Source: Patescibacteria group bacterium (GTDB taxonomy: Bacteria; Patescibacteriota; Patescibacteriia; Patescibacteriales; UBA12465). Taken from it: a stretch of DNA of 64,000 nt. The stretch is taken from the NCBI GenBank assembly GCA_041649315.1, contig JBAZNJ010000001.1, forward strand, positions 284,549 to 348,548. Direction: 5' to 3'. Positions 29,496 to 40,125 of the stretch are shown here, piece after piece (the first letter of the stretch is position 1; every line of letters begins with the position of its first letter). Below the pieces are notes generated by a model. The model saw nothing but the letters and a program-made list of their open reading frames with translations. It did no database searches and had not been told where the DNA came from. The translations under genes were made by a program, and so were the position numbers.

Positions 29496-30307
29496 TTAAA
29501 ATCATGAAAATTAGAGAAATAAAATCAAAAACAATCCTGACTGATAGCCGTCTGCCGGAAGTAAATTATTGTATCAACCCTTACGTCGGTTGCGCACATG
29601 CCTGTACTTATTGTTATGCTAGATTCATGCGGAGATTTACAGGGCATAATAATGAAAAATGGGGAGAATTTATTGATGTAAAAACTAATGCGGCGGAGAT
29701 AATTGAAAAACAATTATTTACAAAGAGCAAAAAGGGCGCCATTTTGCTTGGCAGCGTAACTGATGCTTATCAGCCAATCGAAAAAAAATATCAATTAACT
29801 CGTTCTATCTTGGAAAAAATAATTAAAAATTCTTTTCCTATATCAATCTTAACAAAATCATCTTTAGTAACGAGGGATATTGATTTATTACAAAAAATAA
29901 ATACCTGTGAGGTCGGCATTACTATTACCATGCTAAACTCAAAATATTCTAGCATCATAGAACCGCGTGCTTCATCCCCGCAAGACAGAATAAAGGCGAT
30001 AGACGAACTCAAAAAGGCCGGAATTAAAACTTATGTTTTTATAGGTCCTATATTACCAGGGATAACCGATTTAGACGAAATTTTCAGACAAATACAAAAT
30101 AAAGTGGATTTCGTTATGGCCGAAAGTTTAAACCAAAAATTCGGAGATTGGGATGGTTTAATAAAAGCCATAACTAATTGTTCTTCTGTTTTACTAGAAT
30201 TATATCAAGCTGGTTTCGATAAAAAATATTGGGATGAGACAGAAAAAAAAATTGTTTTATTAAGTAAAAAATATAATATAAAACTAAAAGGCTTTTACCG
30301 GCATTAA
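29474..30307 (+). CDS. Radical SAM protein of the SplB-like (DNA-photolyase-like) family. The start may be the internal MKIREIK at about 29504.
   Basis: PYVGCAHACTYCYARF motif, characteristic of this family. Confidence 0.65.
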   Translation: MQNNQTIIKIMKIREIKSKTILTDSRLPEVNYCINPYVGCAHACTYCYARFMRRFTGHNNEKWGEFIDVKTNAAEIIEKQLFTKSKKGAILLGSVTDAYQPIEKKYQLTRSILEKIIKNSFPISILTKSSLVTRDIDLLQKINTCEVGITITMLNSKYSSIIEPRASSPQDRIKAIDELKKAGIKTYVFIGPILPGITDLDEIFRQIQNKVDFVMAESLNQKFGDWDGLIKAITNCSSVLLELYQAGFDKKYWDETEKKIVLLSKKYNIKLKGFYRH

Positions 30308-30430
30308 ACAAATTATCATAAATCCGTTGAGGAACATTCAACGGATTTTTTATTAGGTTTTATGTTATAATGTAATTAATATGATAGTTTATTGTTTAGC
30401 TCTCTATCTTCTATAATAAATCACTAATTT

Positions 30431-30760
30431 ATGTCGATTATTTCTCTGGATGTACAAGAACCTTATTTGTCTTTTATTCTAAACGGCCAAAAAACCGTTG
30501 AGGGACGCTTGAATAAGGGAAAATTCAAAGAGCTAAAAGTCGGCGATAAATTATCGATCGGTCCGGATGAAAAATTGTTTATTGTTGACCAGATAAATAA
30601 TTATGATGGCTTTAGAAATATGATAATTGGCGAGGGGTTGAAAAATGTTATCCCTGATAAGAATACCTTAGAAGAAGCTGAGGCCGTCTATTATAAATTC
30701 TATACTAAAGAACAGGAAAAAGAATTTGGCGTTATTGCGATAAGAATAAAAATGTTATAA
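30431..30760 (+). CDS. ASCH (PUA-like) domain protein
   Basis: 109 aa; fold signature LDVQEPYLSFILNGQKTVEGR...GDKLSI. Confidence 0.55.
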   Translation: MSIISLDVQEPYLSFILNGQKTVEGRLNKGKFKELKVGDKLSIGPDEKLFIVDQINNYDGFRNMIIGEGLKNVIPDKNTLEEAEAVYYKFYTKEQEKEFGVIAIRIKML

Positions 30761-30960
30761 ATTCTTAATTTTTGTTGATATTTTTTTCTATTTTAATTCT
30801 AACAACATCTATAGTCCTTCTCTTGAAAAATAACCTCTGCGGAGGTTGTTTTGTGTTTAGGCCGAAGAAAAATTTAAAACTCGTAGACAACATCAATCTG
30901 CCAAAAATTTTTAAACTTGATTATTTTGTTTGTTTTTAAGGCAAATGATATAATAACCTT

Positions 30961-32367
30961 ATGACTATCGCAATCTCTATCTTTTGCCTGCTTTTCCTTG
31001 CCCTGGCCCTATACCGGCTCCCTTGGGCGCTTTTAGTAATCATTGCCGCCTTACCGTCTTATCTAATCCGTTTCACGATTGCCGACCTGCCCCTGACTTT
31101 TTTAGAACTCATGATTTTAATCGCCTTTGCGGTTTGGTTTTTAAAAAACTTTTTGCCCGGGCTAAAAGATCTTTTAAAAAGCCGACGGGGAAAAAAAAGC
31201 GGCCGCAGTACTTGGCAAGCCTATCCTTTTTCTCTAGAAATGACCTTAGTCCTGATTGCGGCACTCATTGCCGTCGGTATTAGCGGCTGGAGCGCCGGCG
31301 CTTTCGGGATATGGAAGGCCTATTTTTTTGAACCCCTGCTTCTTTTTATTTTGCTTTTCAATGTTTTTAAAAGCCGAGCGGATTGGCAAAAAATTCTTTG
31401 GGCATTACTGGTCTCCGCGGCCGGCGTGAGCTTATTCGCGCTCCTGCAAAAATTGACCGGCTCTTTCCTGCCGGCGCCCTGGGCGACTAATGAGCCTTTA
31501 CGCGTCACTTCCTTCTTCCCTTACCCGAACGCAGTCGGATTATATCTGGCGCCGCTCGCCGCGCTTTTTGGCGGCTGGCTTTTTTATGAGCAAGGCGAGA
31601 ATTCCCGCGGAAAAAAAATCGTTATTTTATTAACCATTATCACTTCCGGACTGGCGATTTATTTTGCTCGTTCCGAAGGCGCTTTAATCGGACTACTGGC
31701 CGCTATCGTTGTTTTTGGCTTATTAGCGACTAGAATAAGCCGAATCATTACTTTAGCTTTTATCATTCTCGGGGCGGCGTTGATATTTATAAATCCGACG
31801 CTAAAAACTTTCGTTCTAGAAAAAATAACTTTAAGCGATTTGTCCGGAGAAATCCGCCAACAGCAATGGCGGGAAACGAAAGCAATGCTTTCCGGGCCGC
31901 GCTTTTTAACCGGTGCCGGCCTAGATAATTACCAGCCCGCGATTGCCCCATATCATCAAGAGGGGATTTTCTTTAATCGCGATAAGATTGATAATTTTCA
32001 TTCTCTGGCCTATGGCAGCGCGGAACTGCGGGAAAAATACTGGCAGCCGGTCGAGGTCTATCTTTATCCGCATAATATTTTCTTAAATTTTTGGAGCGAA
32101 CTCGGTTTATGGGGCGCGCTTTTATTCGTTTGGATAATTCTGCGCTTCCTATACACGGCCTTTATCGTTAATCTCAGCTGCGGCCGGGAAAAGAAACCGG
32201 AAAAATATTTGGCGCTCGGCTTATTCGCGGCCATGACCGCGATTGTTGTCCACGGCTTAGTTGACGTCCCTTATTTTAAAAACGACTTAGCAATAATGTT
32301 TTGGATCTTAATCGCTTTGCTCGGCGCGCTTAATCTCCGTTGCCGACGCGAGATGGAACTTAAATAA
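30961..32367 (+). CDS. O-antigen ligase/polymerase-like membrane protein (Wzy_C family)
   Basis: About 10 TM helices plus the periplasmic-loop motif HSLAYGSAELREKYWQPVEVYLYPHNIFLNFWSELGLWG. Confidence 0.6.
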   Translation: MTIAISIFCLLFLALALYRLPWALLVIIAALPSYLIRFTIADLPLTFLELMILIAFAVWFLKNFLPGLKDLLKSRRGKKSGRSTWQAYPFSLEMTLVLIAALIAVGISGWSAGAFGIWKAYFFEPLLLFILLFNVFKSRADWQKILWALLVSAAGVSLFALLQKLTGSFLPAPWATNEPLRVTSFFPYPNAVGLYLAPLAALFGGWLFYEQGENSRGKKIVILLTIITSGLAIYFARSEGALIGLLAAIVVFGLLATRISRIITLAFIILGAALIFINPTLKTFVLEKITLSDLSGEIRQQQWRETKAMLSGPRFLTGAGLDNYQPAIAPYHQEGIFFNRDKIDNFHSLAYGSAELREKYWQPVEVYLYPHNIFLNFWSELGLWGALLFVWIILRFLYTAFIVNLSCGREKKPEKYLALGLFAAMTAIVVHGLVDVPYFKNDLAIMFWILIALLGALNLRCRREMELK

Positions 32368-32433
32368 ATAAAAACTTAAATAGAGCCACTAAGATAAATA
32401 AAGCTTGAATAAACATAATCAAAATAAATAGAC

Positions 32434-33201
32434 ATGAATAATATGGCTGAAGTCCTGCAAAAAATAATTGCGACAAGCGGCTTAGCTTCCCGCCGGGCGG
32501 CTCAAGAAATGATTAGGAAAGGTTTAGTTAAAATAAACGGCGAAGTCGCCCAGCTCGGCGATTGCGCTGACGCGCAACATGATCAGATAAGCGTTAACGG
32601 TCGGCCCTTATCAAAAGCGGCGGGAAAAATCTATTTAAAACTCAACAAGCCGATTGGCTATACCTGTACTAACCGGAGGTTCGCGAAAGAAAAAAATATT
32701 TTCGACCTGATTGATATTCCGGAAAAATTATTCGCGGTCGGCCGGCTTGATAAAGACAGCCGCGGCCTGGTCTTGCTCACTAATGATGGCGACTTGGCCC
32801 AACGCCTAACGCATCCGCGCTTCGGGCATGAAAAAGTTTATAAAGTTAAAATTAAAGGGGATATAAAAGACGGCGACGCTTTAGCCCAGCGCTTAACGAC
32901 CGGCGTTGATATTAAAGGCGAAGACGGCTTTGTCCGCGCTAAACGGGCGGAATATTTACAAAATGGGATTTTTGTAATAACCTTAAGCGAGGGACGAAAA
33001 CGCCAGATTCGGCGGATGTTCGCCGCTTTAGATTTAACGGTGAACGATTTAATCCGGACGGCAATCGGACCTTTAAAGCTCGGCCCGATGAAAGAGGGGG
33101 GATGGGAACGATTGGGCGAACCGGAAATTATGGAATTGAAAAAATTAGAAAATACGAAGCCACGGCCTAAGCGTAATAATAATTTAAGATTAAAAAAATA
33201 A
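32434..33201 (+). CDS. rRNA pseudouridine synthase (RsuA/RluB family)
   Basis: S4 domain N-terminus and catalytic motif GRLDKDSRGLVLLTNDG. Confidence 0.85.
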   Translation: MNNMAEVLQKIIATSGLASRRAAQEMIRKGLVKINGEVAQLGDCADAQHDQISVNGRPLSKAAGKIYLKLNKPIGYTCTNRRFAKEKNIFDLIDIPEKLFAVGRLDKDSRGLVLLTNDGDLAQRLTHPRFGHEKVYKVKIKGDIKDGDALAQRLTTGVDIKGEDGFVRAKRAEYLQNGIFVITLSEGRKRQIRRMFAALDLTVNDLIRTAIGPLKLGPMKEGGWERLGEPEIMELKKLENTKPRPKRNNNLRLKK

Positions 33202-33207
33202 AAAAAT

Positions 33208-33525
33208 ATGAAGAACTCAAAACTAATCCTAACAGCGGTTTTAAACGCCTTAGGCGTCGCCATTTATGTTTTCTTGATATCATTAATCATGACCAACGGT
33301 GACAAGATTTTCGGTTCAGTAGATAATGAGGCCATCGCGCCCCTTGCCTTCTTATTATTATTCGTTTTCTCCGCGTTGGTCACCGGCGGATTGATTTTAG
33401 GGCGGCCAATCATGCTCTATGCTGACGGCCAGAAAAAAGAAGGGGTTAAACTACTATTCTATACCGGCGCCAGTTTATTTATTTTATTAATTTTAGCGTT
33501 CTTAGGATTAGCAATGACGAAATAA
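33208..33525 (+). CDS. Small membrane protein
   Basis: 105 aa with three TM helices. Confidence 0.4.
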   Translation: MKNSKLILTAVLNALGVAIYVFLISLIMTNGDKIFGSVDNEAIAPLAFLLLFVFSALVTGGLILGRPIMLYADGQKKEGVKLLFYTGASLFILLILAFLGLAMTK

Positions 33526-33560
33526 AAAAATAAATATAATCCGGATAAAACCGGGTGATA

Positions 33561-33647
33561 GGAGACGTGTCAGAGTGGTTGAATGAGCCGCACTCGAAAT
33601 GCGGTATGCCGGAAACGGCATCGGGGGTTCGAATCCTCCCGTCTCCG
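33561..33647 (+). tRNA. tRNA-Ser (anticodon CGA), class II with long variable arm
   Basis: GGAGACG...GCCGCACTCGAAATGCGG...TATGCCGGAAACGGCATC...GGGGGTTCGAATCCTCCCGTCTCCG. Confidence 0.85.
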
Positions 33648-33826
33648 CAGATTGTCAATAGCCCTACAGCTACATTTTGCAATTTTATTCGTAGTTATTG
33701 ACATAAAATACCAATATGCTATTATTTAAATATATTCAGAATATGGTGATTAATGAAGAAACTCCTTTGTTTTACTAAAACCACCCACCCTGCCTCCGAA
33801 AGGGGGCACGGTGGGTTTTCCATTAT

Positions 33827-34378
33827 ATGGGCAATGATAAAGAAATAAGAGTTGCTATCTATATCGACGGAAGCAACTTGTATCACAAATTAAAAGATTT
33901 AAAAATTGAAAGAACTACCGAGTTTGACTATTTTGGTTTGTGCAATCTTCTAGCTAGAAAAAGGGTTATTGTTTCTTATCGTTATTACGTGGGTGCGGTC
34001 AGAGCTAAAGTTGGGGATTCTTTGAGCCAGTCTAAAAGATATGGGCAACAAAGGCTATTTAATCATTTAGAAAATCAGGGTTTTCGTGTTAAGCAAGGTT
34101 ATCTAATGGAAAACGGCGAGATATTTCACGAAAAGGGTGTTGATGTTAAAATTGCCGTTGATTTGTTGGTTGGCGCTTATGATGATTTGTATGATGTGGC
34201 TATTTTAATTTCTTCAGATACGGATTTAATTCCGGCTATTAAAAAAGTAAGGCATTTAGGCAAAGAATTAGAATACGTGGGATTTTCCCATCTTCCTAGT
34301 TTTGCTCTGCAGAAAAATGCGACATTATCTAGATTATTGTTAAAGGACGATTTGGAAGAATTTATTAAAAAAGACTAA
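33827..34378 (+). CDS. NYN domain (LabA-like) protein
   Basis: IYIDGSNLYH N-terminus and ILISSDTDL acidic motif. Paralogue of 18988..19713. Confidence 0.7.
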   Translation: MGNDKEIRVAIYIDGSNLYHKLKDLKIERTTEFDYFGLCNLLARKRVIVSYRYYVGAVRAKVGDSLSQSKRYGQQRLFNHLENQGFRVKQGYLMENGEIFHEKGVDVKIAVDLLVGAYDDLYDVAILISSDTDLIPAIKKVRHLGKELEYVGFSHLPSFALQKNATLSRLLLKDDLEEFIKKD

Positions 34379-34474
34379 CAACCTTATTCCTAATCTCTTT
34401 TATAGTACCAAACTCTCCACAGTAATTTTTTATATTATATTAACCCATATATTCAAAGCAAAAATTTATTCCCT

Positions 34475-35032
34475 ATGTTCCCGAAAAACTTAGAAAAAAT
34501 AAAAGTGCCGGAAAATCAAGAAAAAATTGCTCTAATTGAAACCTTGAAAACCGGCGCCGAACAAAAAGCTAATTTGATTTTAGTATTGTTAGGAGAAAAA
34601 CCGGGCTTAGCCTTGACGCTTTTCGCAGACACACCGGAAGAGATTTCCGCGGACGAGGAAAAAATAAAAAATCTAGGCCTAAAATATCAAAAAGTTTCTC
34701 AAGAAAAAAAAGGCAAGCGATATTCTAGTAAATTTTTAATTTCTAAAAATCAAGAAACCTTAGACGCCCTAACAGAAGTTGACCCGGCCAAAAACCATGA
34801 AAAATATGGGGCTTTAATGGGCTACCCGGATTCGGCTATCAAAGCCTTTTTAACGGGAGATTCTTTAAGTTCCGAGGAAGAAAGAAAAATGCTTAGCCAA
34901 TATCCGGAAATAGTTTTCCGTAATTTCCGCTTATCAAAAGATAGCGCCGCGGAAGAAATCGAACTACTTAAACATCAGAATAATTTGATAAAAAACACTG
35001 CCCCGAACATTTATAATGAATTAAAAGGTTAA
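34475..35032 (+). CDS. Hypothetical protein
   Basis: 185-aa ORF with no recognised motif. Confidence 0.35.
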   Translation: MFPKNLEKIKVPENQEKIALIETLKTGAEQKANLILVLLGEKPGLALTLFADTPEEISADEEKIKNLGLKYQKVSQEKKGKRYSSKFLISKNQETLDALTEVDPAKNHEKYGALMGYPDSAIKAFLTGDSLSSEEERKMLSQYPEIVFRNFRLSKDSAAEEIELLKHQNNLIKNTAPNIYNELKG

Positions 35033-35125
35033 AAATATTTTTTAATTTTGCAATAATATATTTTAGCGAATATTAAAAAAAATGTTTAACACTAGAGTCT
35101 CACCTCGGGATTTAAAATTTTTATT

Positions 35126-36154
35126 ATGCCTGAAAAAATAATACTATCTAAAATATTTTCCAGAGAAAGGCCGTTTTTCTATGCCTTCATGTGGAATGAT
35201 AGCGATAGGTTGGGTTATAGTTTATTTTTAAAATACCAGGTAAAAAATAATCTATTTCTGTATGATAAGGAAAATCGTAAAATAACGGTTTGGTATAATC
35301 TAAACGAACTTTCTAAAATTCAAAGAAAATTGGAAAAACAGCTGTCGGATCATAATATTCCTTTTAAGAAACGGCTATTTAAAATTTTGGAATCAAATTG
35401 GCCGACAGTTTTAAAATATTTAGAAAATGGGATTGATTCTCCGAGTCAATTTAATAACTATTATAAACACTTAGTCAAATGGTGGTCGGCGATGAACTTA
35501 GTATTTTTAGCGCCGAATATAAAAAAAATCGATAACAAAACAAAAAAAGAATTTTTATCCTATCGCGTCCTAGCCGAACGCTATACTTCAAAAATGAACC
35601 AAGTTGTTATGGATTTTTGCTCTAAAATACATAAAACGGAAGGCCTCGCCGCTATTCTAACGCCTAAAGAGATAATAAAAATCGCTCAAAAAAACTTCTC
35701 TTCTGAAGATATAAACCAAATTAAAAAACGCCTAGATGGTTTCGGCGCTTTAAATGGCAAAATATATTTACAAAAAAATTTAGATAAAAAATTGTTAAAA
35801 AATAAAATCACTTTAGAAGACCCTGGCGCAAAGGGCGCTTCTATTAAGGGTAATGTCGCTTATCCTGGAAAAGTTAAAGGCAGAGTAAGAGTAGTGCTAT
35901 CTAGTAAAGATTTTTCATTATTTAAAAATAACGAAATTTTAGTTACGGAAATGACTGATCCTAATTTTATCTCTATATTTAAAAAATCATTAGCCGTAAT
36001 TACAGACGAAGGCGGCATAACTTCTCACGCCTCCATTACTTCTAGAGAACTAAAAATACCTTGTATCGTCGGGACTAAAATTGCCACTAAATCCTTGAAA
36101 AACGGCGACTTGATAGAAGTTGACGCTCGCAAAGGAATCGTTAGAAAATTATAA
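35126..36154 (+). CDS. PEP-utilising-enzyme mobile-domain protein (phosphohistidine swivel domain at the C-terminus)
   Basis: C-terminal GGITSHASITSRELKIPCIVG (conserved phospho-His); the N-terminal half has no assignable domain. Confidence 0.55.
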   Translation: MPEKIILSKIFSRERPFFYAFMWNDSDRLGYSLFLKYQVKNNLFLYDKENRKITVWYNLNELSKIQRKLEKQLSDHNIPFKKRLFKILESNWPTVLKYLENGIDSPSQFNNYYKHLVKWWSAMNLVFLAPNIKKIDNKTKKEFLSYRVLAERYTSKMNQVVMDFCSKIHKTEGLAAILTPKEIIKIAQKNFSSEDINQIKKRLDGFGALNGKIYLQKNLDKKLLKNKITLEDPGAKGASIKGNVAYPGKVKGRVRVVLSSKDFSLFKNNEILVTEMTDPNFISIFKKSLAVITDEGGITSHASITSRELKIPCIVGTKIATKSLKNGDLIEVDARKGIVRKL

Positions 36155-36266
36155 AAAAATTACAGGTAATATAAAACTTGCCTGGCGCGATCCGCCCTTC
36201 CAACAAGCCGCAACAAACTAAAAACACCCGACCGGGTGTTTTTAGTTTGTATAATCTATAAAATCT

Positions 36267-37013
36267 CTACTTAAAAATTTTAATAGAGTTAGACCAATCT
36301 GAAGAAGTATTGCCTTCTTCATCTATTGTCCCGTCCGAAGCCACGGCCGCTTGTCCAAGCTCAACAAAAAAGAATTTTTCCGGGATATTATTATCCATTA
36401 AAAAATACCGGGCCCCATTGGTCTCTCCGTAATCTAAAGGGCATTTATTAAAAACTTCTAGCCCATTTCCCCGATCTCCTGCCGGCGATAAGCCCGCTTT
36501 TACATAACTACTGGGAGTATTTTTACTTTCATACTGTTTAGCAAAACATTCTTCATCTTTATAACCTATAAGAAATTTTTCGGTTAAAGCTTCTACTAAA
36601 CTTAATTCTGGGTCCTTTTCAAAAAAATATAAATTTTGTCCGTCAATATTAATATTGTTTCCGCTCTCAGTTATTTTTATATTTTGATTGTCAAATAACT
36701 CACGGTAAGTGAAAGCCAGGCCCATACTACTAGAATAATAAATTTTAGTACCAGGCGCTTTTTTATCTAAATTCATTTCCTCTATTAAATCATTATAAGA
36801 CAAGAACTTTTTTGCCGATGAAGAGATGGCGCCATCATTATTTTGTTCTTCATTTTTTTGTCCGAGCTCAAGGTCGGTAATCCTATTTTCTAATAATTTT
36901 ATAGAATTTTTAATATTTTCATTTACTGTCTTTAATTCGTTAGCATTTATGATAGAACATCCCGACAATAAAAAAATAAAGCAAATAGCCAAGGAAATCA
37001 TTAATTTTTTCAT
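36267..37013 (-). CDS. Secreted lipoprotein
   Basis: Signal peptide with lipobox LLSGC. Confidence 0.5.
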   Translation of the reverse strand: MKKLMISLAICFIFLLSGCSIINANELKTVNENIKNSIKLLENRITDLELGQKNEEQNNDGAISSSAKKFLSYNDLIEEMNLDKKAPGTKIYYSSSMGLAFTYRELFDNQNIKITESGNNINIDGQNLYFFEKDPELSLVEALTEKFLIGYKDEECFAKQYESKNTPSSYVKAGLSPAGDRGNGLEVFNKCPLDYGETNGARYFLMDNNIPEKFFFVELGQAAVASDGTIDEEGNTSSDWSNSIKIFK

Positions 37014-37143
37014 ACTTTTTAAATTATAAATAAAAATTTTAAAATTCTACTTCTTAATACTCCCGGATCTCTGTTATTATTTTTCTGCAACTATCCCAAG
37101 ATTGTTCATTCTTAAAATTTAATATTCCCTCTCCATTTCGTCT

Positions 37144-37857
37144 TTATTCCTGCCCGCTCTTCTTCTCCTCCTCCTCAACCTCTTTAATTATCTTCTTGGC
37201 CGAGCCGCGAAAACCCATGAGTAAAAAGATAATCAAGCTCCCGATAATTATTCCTAAAACATTAAGGAGATAAACATTAAGCGCGTCTTTAAATATCCAA
37301 AAATTCTCCACCGCTAAAGCCAGGCCGGCAACCGCTAAGGGCGGCAAGAGGGCAACGGTCACGGCAACGCCCGGCAAAGAGCTGTTCAATTCTTTTTTCG
37401 CCCAGGCAAAACTGGCGGCCGCACCGGCGGCAACTGGAATTAAAAAAACCGTTAAATCGCTAACTCTTAAAAGTTCCAATAAGCTAATATTCATAATTGA
37501 AAAATCAGCGATTAGACCGAGACCATAAGCGATTAACAAGGTCACCGCGGCGGAAACAATGAATATCTTAAGCGAACGCCAGAGAACTTTGAAATTAAAA
37601 ATCGTAACCGCTAAAGAAATTGATAATATCGGCGATAACAAAGGTGCGACCAACATGCCGCCAATGACTAAAATCAAGCTATTTTTAAGCAGGCCGACAG
37701 TCACGATAAAAGTAGACAAAACAAGCAATAAATAAAAGCCGGCTTTTGGCGCCGAAGAATTTATAATATTCTCGCAAAGCTCGTCGCGCTCGGTTTTTGT
37801 CGCCGATAAAGAATTACTCGACTCTCCGCTAATATTCATTTTAAAAATTTTCCACAT
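37144..37857 (-). CDS. Polytopic membrane protein (DUF389-like)
   Basis: 237 aa with about 6 TM helices and a charged C-terminus. Confidence 0.4.
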   Translation of the reverse strand: MWKIFKMNISGESSNSLSATKTERDELCENIINSSAPKAGFYLLLVLSTFIVTVGLLKNSLILVIGGMLVAPLLSPILSISLAVTIFNFKVLWRSLKIFIVSAAVTLLIAYGLGLIADFSIMNISLLELLRVSDLTVFLIPVAAGAAASFAWAKKELNSSLPGVAVTVALLPPLAVAGLALAVENFWIFKDALNVYLLNVLGIIIGSLIIFLLMGFRGSAKKIIKEVEEEEKKSGQE

Positions 37858-37927
37858 AAGATTAATTGTATTATAATTATAATGATATCATTTTTATTAA
37901 AAATAACAAAAAGTTTTATAAATTATT

Positions 37928-38914
37928 ATGACTATCTCCGATCGCGTTTACGGACAAATAAATATTACTGAACCGATAATTTTGGAACTATTAGCCTCCC
38001 CCGTTCTAGAGAGATTAAGAGACATAGACCAACATGGCTACACCAGAGCGCACTGGCCAAAGGATAAAATAATCAGCCGCCTAGAACATTCAATTGGCGT
38101 CTATTGGCTTTTAAAAAAATACGGCGCCCCCTTAGCTGAGCAGGTGGCCGGGCTGATTCACGATATTTCACACTCTGCCTTCTCGCACTGTATTGACTAT
38201 ATTTTAAACGAAGGAAACGGCCAGAAACAAAATCACCAAGATAATATTTTTCCCGATTTTGTCCGCCAATCGGATATAGGAAGTATTTTGGAAAAACATG
38301 GCCTAGATCTTGAATACCTTTTAGATGATAATAATTTTCCGCTCAAAGAAGCTCCTCTGCCTAACCTATGCGCCGACCGCCTGGACTATTCTTTGCGAGC
38401 GGCTATCGTTTATGGCGACCTGTCCAAAACAGCGGCTAATTTATTATTAAATAATTTAGTTATTAAGGATAAGGCCTGGGTGTTTAAGGATTTACCGAGC
38501 GCTAAGCAATACGCCGAACTATTTAAAACTTTAAACGATAAATATTACACGGCCTTACGGGCCGGAGCCATGCATCAAGTTATTGGCGACTATCTAGGAT
38601 ATGCTTTAGATAAAGGGTACTTAGAAAAAGCGGATCTCTATACCACCGATCAGGAAATTTTAGACAAGACGGCTTCTTTTCATCAGCAAGACAGAAAATT
38701 ATTAAATCTTTCAAAACGTCTTAACATAAAAGATGGCTTTGAAAATAACCCCAACAACTACGACCGAATAATTCATCTTAAATCACGACTGGTTGACCCG
38801 CTTTTCTTTGATCAGGGAGAAATTCACCGCTTTTCGGATATTGAAACATCCTGGAAAAAAATACTAAAACAAGAATTGGGCTATAAAACCCTCTACCTAA
38901 AATTTAAAAACTAG
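37928..38914 (+). CDS. HD-domain phosphohydrolase
   Basis: RLEHSIGV ... LIHDISHSAF (H...HD motif). Confidence 0.65.
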   Translation: MTISDRVYGQINITEPIILELLASPVLERLRDIDQHGYTRAHWPKDKIISRLEHSIGVYWLLKKYGAPLAEQVAGLIHDISHSAFSHCIDYILNEGNGQKQNHQDNIFPDFVRQSDIGSILEKHGLDLEYLLDDNNFPLKEAPLPNLCADRLDYSLRAAIVYGDLSKTAANLLLNNLVIKDKAWVFKDLPSAKQYAELFKTLNDKYYTALRAGAMHQVIGDYLGYALDKGYLEKADLYTTDQEILDKTASFHQQDRKLLNLSKRLNIKDGFENNPNNYDRIIHLKSRLVDPLFFDQGEIHRFSDIETSWKKILKQELGYKTLYLKFKN

Positions 38915-38996
38915 GAAGAATCCTCCGATTAGCCCCCTTGATTTTTAAATAAATTCCGCTATAATCAAAGCATCGCCGCCAAAGAGCGGCTAAGCC

Positions 38997-39068
38997 GTCT
39001 CCATAGTTCAACGGATAGAACGTGAGATTCCGGATCTCAAGATGGGGGTTCGATTCCCTCTGGAGGCA
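38997..39068 (+). tRNA. tRNA-Arg (anticodon CCG)
   Basis: GTCTCCATAGTTCAACGGATAGAACGTGAGATTCCGGATCTCAAGATGGGGGTTCGATTCCCTCTGGAGGCA. Confidence 0.85.
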
Positions 39069-39140
39069 CCGGATTGGCGCTTAGCGTTTTGACAAAAATA
39101 AAACGCTCTGCTATTATTTTTTTGCGGTTAAATTAAACAA

Positions 39141-39214
39141 GGAGTGGTAGCTCAGTTGGTTAGAGCGTCTGCCTGTCACGCAGAAGGTCGCGGGTTCGAG
39201 CCCCGTCCATTCCG
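39141..39214 (+). tRNA. tRNA-Asp (anticodon GUC)
   Basis: GGAGTGGTAGCTCAGTTGGTTAGAGCGTCTGCCTGTCACGCAGAAGGTCGCGGGTTCGAGCCCCGTCCATTCCG. Confidence 0.85.
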
Positions 39215-39222
39215 CTAACAAA

Positions 39223-39252
39223 AACAACCTAAATTTATTTAGGTTGTTTTTG
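39223..39252 (+). terminator. Rho-independent terminator after tRNA-Asp
   Basis: aacaacctaaatttatttaggttgttttt. Confidence 0.7.
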
Positions 39253-39372
39253 AGTCTTTTTTAATATCTAAATTGGTATAATTATTATTTATACTTTCAA
39301 GTAGAAAAATATTTATTTTTGTTTTTCATGTCAGCATGGTAAAATTAAAATACAAGTATTAATTTTAAAAAT

Positions 39373-40125
39373 ATGGAAGAGTACAAAATAATAGCCTTAG
39401 ATGAGACAGGAAAAGCTAGTATGAATCATCAATCAAAGACTTTCATATTGTCAGGGCTTATTTTAAAAGAATCATATCAAAGAGAGTTAGAAAAGAAGAT
39501 TAAAGATTTGAAGAAGAAATATTTTAATAGTAATGACATAGTTTTGCATTGTAGAGACATGATAAGAAAGAAGGGGCCATTTTCTTGTTTTAGAAAAGAT
39601 TCTGATATGGAAAAAGATTTTTGGCGAGATTTAATTGAAATTATAGAAGCAGAAGAATTGTCGCTAGCGTTTGTGGTGACAAATAAAGAAAAGGCTAAGA
39701 AATTAGGGTGGAATAGTACTACAATACTTAGAAGGTCATACAATAAGATATTAGAAGAGTTTGTTAAAAATTATCTGTCTGATAACAAAGGTAAAATATT
39801 GGTAGAATCTGACCCTTCTCAGGATAAGTATTTAATTGAGGCCCATAATAGATTGCAAGGAATGGGACTGCCATCAGAAGGAATTAGTGGTTTTGAGTAT
39901 AGGCAGAGAGTTACTTCAATAAGTTTTGTTAATAAGTTGAATTTTGATTCAGAAATTCAATTAGCAGATACTTTAGCAATAATGGCCAGTTTATTCTATG
40001 ATATAAAAATGGGCAAAAAAAATAATGGAGATATTACCATTATTGAACAGATGATGAATAAAACTTTGCTTGATAAAAAGATTGAAGATCAAGATAGTAA
40101 GAATATTTTTGAGATATTAGTATAA
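39373..40125 (+). CDS. Hypothetical protein, possibly DUF3800-like
   Basis: N-terminal IIALDETGKAS resembles the DUF3800 Y/I-x-DESG start. Very AT-rich codon usage compared with its neighbours. Confidence 0.35.
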   Translation: MEEYKIIALDETGKASMNHQSKTFILSGLILKESYQRELEKKIKDLKKKYFNSNDIVLHCRDMIRKKGPFSCFRKDSDMEKDFWRDLIEIIEAEELSLAFVVTNKEKAKKLGWNSTTILRRSYNKILEEFVKNYLSDNKGKILVESDPSQDKYLIEAHNRLQGMGLPSEGISGFEYRQRVTSISFVNKLNFDSEIQLADTLAIMASLFYDIKMGKKNNGDITIIEQMMNKTLLDKKIEDQDSKNIFEILV

